A DNA stretch of 63,751 bases, filler included. It is 11 parts of 11 records of this genome, joined end to end, with 100 filler letters (N's around TTAATTAATTAA, not from the genome) between each part and the next. Parts side by side here need not be neighbours in the genome. Positions count along the whole stretch, not along the records: positions 4,659 to 13,094 come from SRR7504441_14245; positions 13,195 to 21,948 come from SRR7504441_14246; positions 22,049 to 28,194 come from SRR7504441_14292; 8 more parts are not named here. One strand, given 5' to 3'. Every line of letters starts with the position of its first letter. The stretch's first letter is position 1. A model generated the notes under the pieces. The model was not told the DNA's origin, did no database searches, and saw only the letters and a program-made list of their open reading frames with translations. Positions 11,455-25,000 of this stretch are shown here, in pieces. A program made the position numbers and the translations under genes.

Positions 11455-13094
11455 CTACTTCTTGGCCAAGAGTTTTGTTGCCATTTCCTTGGCTGACTTA
11501 GTCATTTGTTTTTGTAAGTGGGCCTTGTAGGAGCGGATGTCCCCATTCCAGGGAGTTACCGCGCCATCACAGACCCAAATCTCCTTTGCAACTTGTGAGA
11601 TCAACCTGAAGTCGTGGCTGACCAGCACCAGTCCGCCTTCAAAGTTGTTAATTGCACGAGCGAGTGAATCAATGCAGCCCATGTCCAAGTGGTTAGTAGG
11701 CTCGTCTAGCAACAAAATGTGTGGGTTTTGGACAGATATGATACAGAAGACCACACGAGTCTGAAGCCCGTGCGACATGGTCGCCATCGGGCGGGTCTGG
11801 TAATCTCCTGTCACCCCGTACTTGCCAAGGATCTGCCTCCATTGCTCTATCTCCGGCCTGATGTGGCCTTGGGCCGTCACAATCCCATCTGCGAAGTGCT
11901 TTTGCATGTATTCTATAGGTGTGAGATCCATCTCGAGCTGAGCCTCCGAGTGCTGGTTGTAGTACCCTATCCGCAGGTGCCCATTCTTGGCCACCTCGCC
12001 CTCGACTGGAGTGATCTCCTCCATCATCAGCTTGAGCAGGGTTGACTTGCCAGCGCCGTTAGGTCCGACAAGCGCAACCCGGGTGTCCAAGTCGACACCA
12101 AAGTCCATCCCAGAGTAGAGATAATCCTCCTTCTTGCCAGAATACGAGAAGCTGACCTCTTTGAATGCCATCACTGGCGGCGGCAGCGCACCGCAGTCGG
12201 GGAAATCGAATCTGTACACCGGGTCTGGCGTGGGTTTGACGGTGAGGCCAGCCTCGACCATCTTGTCGATGATCTTTTGCTTGGACTGCGCCTGCTTCAC
12301 TAGGTTGGAGTAGGTCCCACAGGACGAGATGAACTTCTTAAGGTGCGCGATGTCCTCCTGCTCCTTCTGATACGACTTCATCTGGGTGACTTCGGTCTCC
12401 TCGCGGGTCTTGACGTACATATCATAGTTGCCGCCGTACACATCGAGTTGGCCGTGCTTGTTGAGGTGCATGATCTTAGTGCAGACTGTGTTGAGGAAGT
12501 CGACAGAGTGACTCACCTGCCACCCAGCTCAGCGCCGACCCAGAGCTGGCAGCACACCACCACTAGGATCTTGTTGTACTGCGCCATGTACTGCTCCAGC
12601 CACACGCACGCCCCAAGGTCCTGCCCGCGCCTTCCAGCACCGCCACGGAGCTGCGGCTCACCAAATGGTTGGTCGGCTCATCCAGCAGCAACATCATCGG
12701 CTCCACGAACAGGGCCTGCGCCAGGGCCACGCGCATCCGCCAGCCTCCGGACATGTCGCAGGTGTTGCGGTGCATCATTTGCAGGGTGAACCCTAGCCCG
12801 TGCAGCAGCTCGGCCGCACGTGCCTCAAACGTCATCGGGTCCAGCTTTTCGATCCGCTCGTACATTTCCTCGAGCTCCGGCGCCTCGGGGCCCCTCTCCT
12901 CCAGGATCTGCTCCGACAGCGCCTCGAGCCGCGACACCTCGGCCTGCACGTGGCAGATTACGCACTCGATCGCGCTCTTCTCCTCGGGTGGAGCCTCCTC
13001 GGTCAGATGCCAAATGTCGATCCATTCGGGAATCGGGACCTGACCCCGCCCTGTCACGTCTCGTCGGGCTCAGGCCGGGCGGTGGGGCGGCACA
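11455..13094 (-). CDS. ABCF2: ABC-F family ATPase (ABCF2/Arb1), 5'-truncated
   Basis: MSGGWRMRVALAQALF, LLDEPTNHL (twice), GPNGAGKST, VPIPEWIDIWHL, GTYSNLVKQAQSKQKIIDKM. Two 41-nt GT-AG introns (12621-12661, 12517-12557) restore PTNHL|DLGACVWLE and LVV|VSHS. Confidence 0.93.
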
Positions 13095-13194
13095 NNNNNN
13101 NNNNNNNNNNNNNNNNNNNNNNNNNNNNNNNNNNNNNNTTAATTAATTAANNNNNNNNNNNNNNNNNNNNNNNNNNNNNNNNNNNNNNNNNNNN

Positions 13195-16100
13195 CCGAGC
13201 AGGAGCGGGCGGCCTTCGCGGCAGAAGATGTGTCGACGGTGCCGCTCAGCCGCTGCTGATGGCGAGCTCTGGTTGCGCAGGCTTCACTCAAGCGGAGCGT
13301 CTCGTTTTGGCTCGGCAAGGGGAAATCGAGCCAGACGATGGAGGTGGCCTCAACGGACGACGCGGAGATGGAGGCTGAGCATGACGTGGTCTGGCTGCAA
13401 GGTGAGAGCGCACGCTAGGCCTAGCCTGAGGCGTGTTCAAGGCGAGGAGTTTGCGCTGGACCTGGACAACGGCCGGGTAGCACAGTCGGGTGGGCTGATT
13501 CGGGCAGCGGCTGCCGAGCATCTGCAGCTGCTGCAGCCTACTGTAGTGACATTGACCGGCGCCAGGGCGGCGAGTGCAGCTGCAGAGAAGTCGGGTGCCT
13601 GCCGTTACCTTGAGGAGGCTTAAAATTATGTCAGGCGGATGGGCTGTTGGGATGGGGCTCACAATGGTGTGCGGCCACCGAGCATGTGGCTCGCGCACGC
13701 GGCTCCTACAGTGCTACCAGGCTCTTAGCGCATCCATCTTTCAGGGACAGGTAGGTTCAATCGACTACAATTCTTTACCCGAGGAACGAACGGCTGTGCT
13801 ACAACTGGCAATCGATCGTAGCGTTTGCTGGCAGAAACGGCTCATTCGCAACGTTCAGCAGCTAGCCTCAGAATTCGGGATCCGCTTAACGACCCAGGAC
13901 CACATCAATACATTAGCCAGCCTGCATGAGCTGAGTCCAAGCCATGGAGGGGGAGTCCGCTGGTCTCAGCACCGGATCGCCCTGTTCTGGGCTCATGCGG
14001 CACTCTTGCCTCTGTTTGAAGAGGTTGTACCGCTGGACATAGGCCCAGTCATCAATGTCGCCAAGTCTCAGCCATTCAAGCCGCGGAGCACAGGTTTAAT
14101 TCATTGCCGCATGTGCTCTAACTGTTGATTCTTTCAGCTTTTCAACACCTAGGAGAGGCCGCACGAGCGCAGGCGCACGACGCATTGACCCGTATCTTGC
14201 ATTTAGACCTCTCCTCTGGTGTGCCAACGTTCAAGACATTGGGCCTAGTAGAACAAGTGATTGGACTTTCGTTGAGTCCAAGTGACTGGCTCGTTGATGC
14301 GTCAGCTTTTGGTGGGCTGTACGTGACTCGAGAACTTCAGAGCGTGTCTTCCGAAATCGTGGCTAGCCGGCCGCCTCCGACACTAGTTCGCAGTATGACC
14401 ATGGAGGCCCGAGTGTCTAGGTGGCTGGGCTGTGTTGCCAAGTGTAAAAGGTGAGACCTGGCCACAAGCTACACAGCTGAGTGCTTCGCTGCCTGCAGAT
14501 CCTCTTCAGATTGCCGCCTCTTACTCACTCGCGTCTCAGAGTCTCTGGCCGTCTTCACAGACTCGTTGACATCTTACTCTTTGCCCGACAATGCAGCTCT
14601 GCTGCCACCAGTCATAGAGAATGCTCGTGTCCTTGCTCAAGCATATGAGGAAGCATGCAGCAATAATCTTGAGCATATAAGGAAGCATGCACAAAAGGTT
14701 CCTTGCAATGGCCCAGGCATTACTGTATGGACAGGTAAATGAAGAATTGCGGGAAGCTAGTGAGTTATGGCGAGTTTATGGTGAGTGTCTTCATGGGCAA
14801 GGCGACCTGTACTTGCGCACGTTATGTGGGAACGGAATCTCTAAGTGAGTCGCAGTTTACTATCTAGGGCTCGGGATAATGAGTGTTATTCAGGTGCGTG
14901 GACGGCAAGAACGCTCAATTGTCGGGTCCAAGCGGTGCTGACATCCTCTTGGACGGCAGGGTGATATTTGTAGAACAGCTGAGTAGCTGCGTGCGTGTTG
15001 TGGACGACCAAGGATCTGTTACCAGCATTGTCGGGCATTGCGGAACTGGTTGTGTCGATGGCCCTGTGGCAGCTGCGAAGCTTGACCACCCATGTGCGGT
15101 CTGTGTCTTGCAGCCCAGTGGCCATATTCTGATCTCTGATAATCACGGCCTCCATATTCTCACCAGCGATCTATCCGAGATCAGGACGGTCAGCCTGAGG
15201 TCAGACCATCTGCTGGTTCAGCAAAGCTCAGCTGGGTGCTGGACAGAATGGCCACGTTGGATCTCTGGAATTGCCCAGGTCGAGGGAGAGCTGGTCGCCT
15301 TCCTCGACCGCAATAAAGGGCTCGTCAAATTCATTCGATGCCCAGCGGCTGGCACGGATTGTCAAGCCCTTTACGAGTGTACAGTTGATACGCATACGTG
15401 TGCACCGCAGCGCCAGGCTGTGGATGGCATGAGTGGCATTGCAGTTGCCTCAAATGGCGAGATTTATTTCACTGCAGGACATGCTGTCTGGCAATATTGC
15501 AAGGATGGGCGCGTCACTGTAGCTGCTGGCAACAGCGACACCAGTGGCAACATTAACGGTCGAGCCGGAGAAGCTCTCTTCAACACACCAAGAGGGATCA
15601 TTGAGATCGATGACAGGACATTCCTAGTCGCGGACCAAGGAAATCACCAGGTGCGGTCGATGGTCCGACAGGACTCAAATGTATCTTCGGGTGGCAAATT
15701 TATCGTCCAGGCGTTTGCAGGTAGTGGCGTTATGGGTCATCAAGATGGGCAGATATTTGAGGCTCAACTGAATCGTCCGGTCGACATATGCGTTCTGGGG
15801 AACTCGCGTCTAGCAATCGTCGAGCGTTATGCCCACTACATTCGCGCTGTCGAGACCCCTCAACTTGTCGGCCCAGCTACAATCCGATATGCGCAGCTAA
15901 GAGAAAGCATTTCTGAGACAATACAGCAGGTCGAAGACATGCTTCCACAGGGATCCGAGTCTAAGGCGGCACTTTTGCACTGCTGGGCCAGCACTATTAT
16001 GATCGCCCATAGAATTCTTTCGCCTGCCTTCGATCGTCAAGTGACGGCGCTGCTAGATTCGGAAGAGCAACAGGATGGCAATGCAGAAGCCGCTGTGTTC

Positions 16101-19100
16101 ATGTTTACTGTCGCCCCAACACTGGAGAGCTGCATTTGGATACGCAAGCATCTGCTGGGACGAAGCTTTTTTTGTCTTGGCCAATGGCCACCCCTGGGAG
16201 ACGAAGCAGCCGCTCCGAGAGAACGGCCTGCAGCGCATAGTCCCATTGAAGGCGAATGCATCTTTGAATGGGCCTTTATTCACAAGCTTCGACAGTATGA
16301 CTGGGGCACAGTTATGTCTCACGACCCTGATGGAGCTGCAAGGGACATCGCCTCAATCCTGTCCCTCGGAACTGATATTCCCACATTGGTCCTGGTGGAG
16401 CTTCTGGATACCATGCCTGCACTCAGGCCTTTCAGCTCACAGTCATCTCATTGCTGGGCGAAGCCTGTGATTGACCTTGCTTTCGCTTGCGCCACTGGGT
16501 ATGACGATTGTATTGCTCATGGGGTGGCTCGATGGATCAAACTGAGTCTGAACGATTTGGATTTTGAGCGCATGCTTTCTCTCTGTGACCTATTAGACCA
16601 AAGCGAAGAGGTCAGCACGTTGTCCACCTTATTGCCGGAAGTATGGCGCACAGCCGATGCCAGTGAGGACAGCCTCTCGTTCAGCAAAAGCACACTCTGG
16701 GCTATTGAGTGTTATCTGCGATTGCTACCAGAGGATGGGCTTGGTGCCGATCTATTTCTACTTCGTTGTCTTGAGAGCGCACCGCTCAGGGCACACTTTT
16801 CGTCGCATCTGTGGTCAACAATGGAAGTCGTTGTCACAGAGACTTGCTCTTCAATGGACTCGGTTACTGTCTTGAAACTTCTCAGAGACCATCCAACACT
16901 GCGGCGTGATCAGCTATGGTACAGCTTGCTTTCTTTGCACCTAGAGCACGGCGATCTCAGGGACCCTCGTCAAATGGCGAGCCGAGGTCCTCTATGGATC
17001 CTTGCTGTTCAACTGTCGGCAAACAAAGAGGCAAACTTGGAAGACAACTCAGTCGTCTCAGAAGCCGCGTCTGTGTTCCGCGGGATCATCGGGTCTATTG
17101 TAGACAGTACATGCATGAACCTGATCATCCGCTGGCTCAAGGAACTTGGACCTGAGATAGGTACAGCATGCGCGGCACTAGGAATGTCAAACGCTGTGGA
17201 AGTTGCCGAAGGTGCGATTCAAGCTGAGACTGAAGCCCATGAAATTGTTGAGCGCTTGGTGGGACTTGCTCAGGAATATTTGGAATGTCCAGCTTTTTGC
17301 CGCTTTGAACAAATTCAATCAGTTAAAAGTGCAATAGCTGAACTTGATGCGCACTGGGACGACTTGTCCTGCCAAGTCAACCAGGAGCTCATTCGACCTA
17401 ACTCGATATCGTGCACCTATGCCTCGGTAGGACTGCTGCCATTGAAGTTCGTAGAGGCCTCTGCTTGGCTTGAGGCGCTCCTTGAATCGCAGTTGTTCCG
17501 GGATCTGTGGCTCCGAACAGTAACAGAGTGCGAGGGCGACGTATTGAGTGCTCTGGGCTCCGCTAGTGACGAATGGAACAATATTCATCATAGGCTCTCA
17601 GAGATGAACATCGGGTTTGCTTCGTTGGATGCCCTGGGCTCGGCGCTTGGCATTCAGGACGAGCTAAGCGTCCTTGACCGCACTGCAAATCAGCACTTCG
17701 CGGTTAGTCGCGACACAAATCAGAATTGGCACAGTCTCGTGCTGCCACATCTAAAGGCCTGGCTGCATCTGTCGGAGCTGCGCAGCAACACGGCAAACGT
17801 CTCGAAGGCGATATCGCTGCTAGAGCCACACGTTGGAAAGCAGAGGGCCGATTGCGCACAGCAGTGTCTTACGAGACTCATTGCTCAGATAGAAACAAAA
17901 CAATGGGAAAGCCACTCGCTGACAGACACTCAAAATTACATGAGCGCACTTCAAGGACTTGACTCCCGCTTGGCTTGTGTAGACTCGAATAGGATACAGC
18001 TGTTACATGTCTTGGGCCTGGACGAGACCAGAGCTTTCATCGAGTGGCTGTCGACAATCCCAGACGACTCTGAGTTTTCAAATGCAATCGAAACCGCTAT
18101 GGGAAAGCCAGTGACCCAATGCCCCGAGGAGCTCTGGGTTGAGATACCGGGTGAGCCCGCCTTCGATTAATCTCGTCCGACTTTTGCTTTCAGGTGAACC
18201 GGGCCGAGTCGATGAGAGCATACTGAGCCGTTTGTCAGCCATGAGGACAGCTCTCTTTGGGTGGATATACAAGCCCCGATCCGAATTGACCATCAGCGCG
18301 TGCCTAGATGCCTTCCCTGAAGCGGACATGGGCTCTCTGAACATGTGTTCTGAGCTCCAGACATTGAGTGCGTTGCTTGCACCGCTCACTGAACTCCTCA
18401 CCGCTGAAAGCGAGCTTGGAGTCGCAAGTAAGCTTCTGACTATCATGCAGCCGAGTAGCTCAGCACGCTGGACCTGGTGCAGTGGTGGTCAATGCGAAGT
18501 AGCTTTCGAGTATTGTCTATCAAAAAGGTACCAAGCACTTGCCCCACAAGTACACTGACCTGTATGTCTGGGCACAGGAATGGTCCGGGGGCTGCTCGCT
18601 GGGAGCTTGACGAGATCCAAGAATTCCAAAGCACAATCATTCTTGCCCAGTCTGACACTTGCGGTTCTCAACTTCAAACAGCGGCTGATGAATTCATTGA
18701 AGCCTTTATCGATGCGCAGGTCTTGTCCCGCAGTCACCGCGCTCTGTATCTCAGTGGTCATTTCAACTTTCAGAATTTCAGCGTGTCGTTGCCCTTGACT
18801 GAATCCCAAGACCAAAGAGTCTGCCGCAAAAACAAGGCGGCGCAGGAGCTAGAGTCCTGGAATATGGCTGTCAAGATCGCAAGAGAAGCAGGATATATCG
18901 TCAATTTATTTAACGATCGGCAGCTTGGTCGAATATGTCATTCGCTGCACTCTGGCACAGCTGATAGTTCTACGTTGTCTTTACTAGCCACCCTTATAGG
19001 CAGTCACGCAAGCGCAAACCAGTTGTTTCGTTCAAGCTTGGAACATTTGACTACCTCAGGACAAGACTTATCCATCGCAAACTGTGTCGGCTCCACTGAA

Positions 19101-21948
19101 ATGCTCCAGCGAACTAGTTCAAACGAAGATTTAAAGTACCCAGATCGTATATGCAACTTTATCTCGGAAGCAGCCCGAGCACTTGACACAGCCGCAGCCT
19201 TGGTGTTTCCTACGCCGAGCAACGAGTTGGAGTTTAAACTAGAGAACACGGTTTCTTTGATCTTGCTGGACTCTAGCGACTCCGCCAGTAAAGACGTGCT
19301 TTTGTTTCATCGCATGATCGGCGCTACCCCTTCACGGGAGAATTGTCTTTTCTGTGACAATGCTGAGGTCTCGTTTGCTGACGTTGAGCATTTGTTACTG
19401 CGTTGGTCTTGTGCTGGCAACTTTGGGAGAGGTCAGATTTATTCGATTGTTTCTTGCCATGTTCTATCTTTCGAAGAACAGTCTATCCTAGCTGAAAAGG
19501 TGTACAAATGGAAGAAATGTACAGCCGCCAAGTTGGCTCTTTTTGCTGTCAATGATTGCACAATTGCATCAGAGTTTGAAGACTCAGTTTTGGACATTTT
19601 GCCTGCAGGTGTTGAGCAGATCCGTGAATTCTCACAGGCCCAGCACGGTGTCCGCATCATCCGCTCTTGCCATGCAGGCATCTCTGCGACGCCAATGATT
19701 ATTACTGAGGTCTGCGTTTGTTAGGTGGTGGCAAATCGTTTCATGTCCGACATTTTGCGTTCTCTGTTGGCCTAAAATATGTTCATTGCCCAGTCAACCG
19801 AACAATGACAGCCAGTGAGGTCATCCAGGCCATACAACCCTGTTGTGCCCAACCTGAGGATGGGGCTTTGTTATTGCACATCGATCTGGCGCATCAAATC
19901 GACGAGTCGTTCGACTGGCTTCTGCGCGACTGTGTCTTTTTTGGCAGCGTTCTGGATGCTTCCGGCGGCGCCTTTGTGCTTCCTTTAAATCCTTGTCAGG
20001 TGATTGTCGAGGTTGCTTCTGGAGCATCCATCGAGCGCTCATCAATCATCAATCTCCTCGCGCCAGTACCAGACTTTCGAACAGGAGCGAAGCTAGAGAT
20101 GTGCACATCAGTGAGAGCACTGGCAGCTGGTGGACATGCAGGCGCGTCCTCGAAAGGTTACTGCTGTCATCAGCAGCTACAATATGTTTGTTTTGCACTC
20201 AGTATACTCGAACGGGGTTACTTTGGTGTAGGGTCACGAGTTTCTGTGGCCCAGAAAAAGAGTGGCTTCAGGGCAGCCCATGTCACCAGAGTTGAAGGTC
20301 AAGTGGGGTTTTACTGCATCTACGAGGAGGATCAGCCGAATAACAAGACAGAACACTTTTTCATGTTCAAAGATCGCTCAGTGATAAAAAACGATAGCCC
20401 TGGATATTTTCCATCCCAATATTCGGGTCCGGCAGCGCATTCCGAGCTCGATGGTTACCAATGTTTCAGAATACTGCAGAAGTATTCATCAGAGGATAGC
20501 GGAGGACAGCAGGGAGCCGAGGCATCATTTTGGTCTCTTTGGATGTTTGTTGCCTTCTTACACCACCAGCTGCGAGAGATTGAGATCGAGACATCTCCTA
20601 TCGCCAAGATATGTGGTTCAAACGAGAGTCTCAAGTACGAATTTGTGAAATATCTCGTTCAGACTGCGCAAGAGTTTGCTGGTAATCAGATTGACATCAA
20701 CGGAAATCTCAAATCATGGGCCGCGTCTAGCCACGACTGTATTTTCTTTTCGAACGAAACATCTTCACTGCATTTTCTATCTCTGCATCCGAGTGCCATG
20801 CGTTCTCGAATGCCGCCAAAGTTGGTTTCCCTGTTGGACAATCTTGGCATCGCGGTAGGGCGTCCCCTTGCAGAGCTGAATAGGGAGTTCAGTGATATTA
20901 TAAGTGCGGTCACCGGTATCCAGCGCGGTCATGATGAGGCTAAATTCCTTCTCAAAGAACCTTTCGTCCTGACTGGTGATGGCATCATCAAACTCCTGGC
21001 CCTGGCGCAGCGCTTGCAGTATGGGATCCCTGTCGTGTTGATGGGAGAGTGTGGCTGTGGAAAAACGACTCTTGTCAAGTACCTTGCTGCCTGGCTCGCT
21101 GCACCGTTGGTCGTATTGGACGTCCATGGTGGTACAACTGAGGCTGAGATTCTGGAAACTTTCGGAAATGCAGCCTCACTGCTCCAGCAAACAGAGGCTA
21201 CGCGTGTATTGGTCTTTCTGGATGAATGCAATGCTGCTCCGCACATCGGACTTGTCACGGAAGCAGTGTGCCACCGGTCAATCAATGGCCAGCAGCTGAG
21301 GCCAGAGATTTGCGTGGTTTGTGCCTGTAACCCCTACCGCCGACGGACTGAGCAGGCCGCGGTGGCGTCTTCTGGACTGACCCCTGCAAGTGCACCATCC
21401 GCAGTATCTAGCGACTTGGATGGACTGGTTTATCGGGTCCACCCGCTATCGGCGACGCTGCGTTCTTTTGTTTTTGATTTCGGATCGCTCTCTCCTGAAC
21501 AAGAGCGCTCTTATCTGCAATTGATGATAAAGGCGCAGTTGCGTGATCTTCTTGAAAGCGATCAAGAGGTCATCTTGACCAGCGAACTTGTGGCTGCTTC
21601 TCAGACTCAGTTGCGAAATGTCCATTCGGAGCCAAGTGTGGTATCGCTAAGAGATGTCAAGCGGGTTATCAAATTGCTGCGGTGGTTTTCGGGGGTGGTC
21701 AGTTCAGGTACTCTTGGCGCAAATGTGAGGGCTCTCGTACTCGCTCTTAACCATGTGTATCGGCTACGTCTACCTACTCTGGCTGCGAGATCGGCATACT
21801 GGGAAATGGTACGAACCTCCCTCAAGAACGCGTCTGCCCGGACACCGCTGCCCTCCGGTGCGGGAGCACTGATTCCGGTGGGAAGACTGGAACAGGTAGT
21901 AGCTCAAGCTCAGCAGAGTATTGCGTCTCGGATGATTGTTGACGAGGG
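13195..21948 (+). CDS. RNF213/mysterin-like giant AAA+ ATPase with N-terminal NHL repeats; truncated at both ends
   Basis: About 11 short introns join all + ORFs into one frame. NHL motifs LFNTPRGI, VADQGNHQVR and LNRPVDIC. RNF213-like motifs AGGGKS (across GC-AG intron 19678-19724), GIPVVLMGECGCGKT, DVHGGTT, FLDECN, ACNPYR, LVYRVHPL, FDFGSLS and VSLRDVKR. Confidence 0.8.
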
Positions 21949-22048
21949 NNNNNNNNNNNNNNNNNNNNNNNNNNNNNNNNNNNNNNNNNNNNTTAATTAA
22001 TTAANNNNNNNNNNNNNNNNNNNNNNNNNNNNNNNNNNNNNNNNNNNN

Positions 22049-25000
22049 TCCTTCTCCTCCTTCTCCTCCTTCTCCTCCGCCATAAACAACCCCGAACAGC
22101 CGTCCTATCAGGGCGTTCACAGGGCCGCTGGACCCAAATTCATGGACCCGGAGCTCCTCACCAGGCTTGCCCCAAGTATGCCCTGGTCGAAGCTGCATGA
22201 CGAAGCTGTTTGCATCGCAATCAACCAAATCGTAGTCTACATTAACCTCCCGTTTGGTTGAAAGCCTGATTGATGGCACTGATAGATGAATCTGCGCTCG
22301 CATCGCTATGAAATTGTGCCAGCCTGTTGGAATAAGGCGAACAAAGCGGGCTGCCACTGGAGCGGAGAACCAATTTACCACTTTGGCATCACGATTGGTG
22401 TTTGCCATGAATGTCTGCACATCACCAGACTCGTCCAAAAGAGTGGTCCACGACTCGGGAAATGCAGGGCTTTCCAGGGTAATGTTGACGATGTAACTAG
22501 TCACCCAGTGCTCTGTATCTACCATGAGTCCGGCAGAGCCCCCATAGGCCACTTGAACGTCAGCCCCAGGCATATGCCCCTCAGAACCGATGCCATTCCC
22601 ATAGCCATGCTGATAACCTGCCCCAAGCAAGCTGCCAGATCGGCCCTGTGTCTCGACAGCCACAACTGTGCGCACTTCGCCCTCGAACCCCTGTTGGCTG
22701 AGGTCGAATTGAAGCCACTGGTCTCCAGCCAACTTATGAGAGCACCATGCACTAGTCGAGTCGATTGCGGCGGCGTGGATGCTACAGTTGCTGTGAACCG
22801 ACGATGCAGAGACGCTCCCAAGGCCACCATGGCCTTGCTGAGAATCCGGAAAGGGTTGGATGGCACGTGAAGCAGCTGGGCAACGCGTGGAGCTACGCCC
22901 GCCTCTATTCAAATTGTACCCAGTCACACGGATCCGCTCAGTCAGGCTAGAAAGCAAGCCGTCTGATTGGAAAATACGTGCAGGGGCTGTCACAATCGCT
23001 GCAAGCGAAGGCTGATCCAGATTTCCCTCATCTACACCTGCATAACAAACACAGGGTCAGTGCGCGCGCTGGCAGCTGACACTACACCTGAGCGGGATGC
23101 CGTGTAGCATACACGCTGCCCATGGGTGTCTTGACAGTAGTACACAACAACCCTTTTCCCAGCTATCTTCAGTTGAACATAAAGATTCCCGGGAAGGACC
23201 TCATAGAAACCAACAAGAGAAACCGTGACCTGATCCTCTGACAGATCGCGTTCGGCAGCAACAGACCCCTGGGGCACCGGTCCATTCTCTGTGAAGAATT
23301 CGACTACAACATCCGATGCCCTAAAGTCATGATTGGGGCCTTTCAGGTTCGCCCCATAAAATGTGATTTGTGCTGCGGTATTTGGTATAGTAGGCAGCAG
23401 AACTTGTGCTGAAGAATTAAGGCTGATTTCCGACGACATGTCCAAAGTTACAAGAGAATTAAATTGCTGGTACATCTCTGGCGCAAATGCTCCTACCTCA
23501 TACTCCTCCTCCTCCTCCTCCTCCTCACTTCCTCCTCCCGTTCTCTTCCACCGTTCTCGTCCACCGTCAATCAGCGTGGCGACAACCACGTCAATTGGTC
23601 CGCTGTGCGCATAGACCTTCATCCGAACTTCGTCACCAGTAGCCCCCCATACGTGGCCTGGCTGCAGGCGGAGCAACATCCCTGTTCTTGTGCACCGTGA
23701 TATAGAGAAATCCTCCCACAAAGTAAGACCAGTGAGCTGAACCTGCACTGGATCCCCAGGGCATCCGATCGGCATGTTCAAGCCATGTATCTCCATTACC
23801 TCAGCATCAACTACCAGCTTGGAGGAGGAGGCTGTCACGACAAGGTCAGCTCTTATAGTTGCCACTTGAGCTGGAACACCAGTGCTCCGCCCAGCCACAA
23901 CTAGCTTGGCAAAGAGAGGACCTGCGCTATACATTGTCAAATCGTCAGGCTTTGTCAAGTTGAACACAATTCTGGTGTTGTTGTATTCGACCACGGAGCC
24001 TCGAGGGCGCACAACAATACGACCAATTTGGCTATGGGCCCCAATGCAGTACTCGGGACGCGAGTAGTAGTATGTATCAGGTATGTTGAAGGTCCACGAG
24101 TTGTCTGCACCGCCACCCCATTCCTTATCGGCCCTAGTCCGATTCGGAAACTTCTCCAAGATCTCGCAGCGCTCGACGGGTGTATCGCCTTCACCCCTTA
24201 CACTCACAATGGGCTGACCTGGCTGGATTCCTTCCCAGGTGATAGTATCACCCACCTGCAGATTCAGAATGTCGTCTGAAGCCTCATATTCGAGCCCTAT
24301 GCCCTCCACTCTGATCGTGAACTCTGAAGTCTGATCTTGCGTGGTGTAATCCATTGCTCCAACCTGGATGGAACGGCTAGATGAGGCATCAGTCAGTATC
24401 AGATACACGTCAGTATTCAAAGCTCCAATTGGCTTTAGGTTCCTCCCCCAAATCTCGATCTGTGTCTCTGTGTTTGCTATCACCTTGTTGCTGAACGCAA
24501 TGGTTGGGCCAAGAGCTGGGATTATGGAGGCAACCACCACGTCCATGTCACTACCAGGGCCATCCCCGAGCTTGGTGAGCTTGAGCGGTAAACGGCTTGA
24601 CCCCCACAGCTTGTTGGGCATCAAGGTCAGCAAAAGACTTGTGCTCGAACAATTCGACACAGAGTAGTCCTCGGGGGCCTCCAGTTGCCCAAAGGATTGT
24701 TCTTGGAGAAGGGAGATCTGGCTTGCAGGGGGACACTCAGGAGGCATGTTGTAGCCATGGATCCAAAGCTCTTCAGCATTCTGAGCTAGAGGTAACTTGC
24801 TTGTTGTGACAGCCGCTGGCGCCGTGACAGCTCCAACTTCAATGTGCTTGCCTGTGCCTGTTGGTGCACCGCAGACCCATAGCGTCGCATAAAGGACTCC
24901 AGCCGGTGTCTCGTGGAAAAGCCGAGGTGTCATGGGCCCGAGCGTTGAGCTGCTCTGAACAGGCCAGCTTGAGCTTTCGGACGATCTTGGGCCTCTTTGA

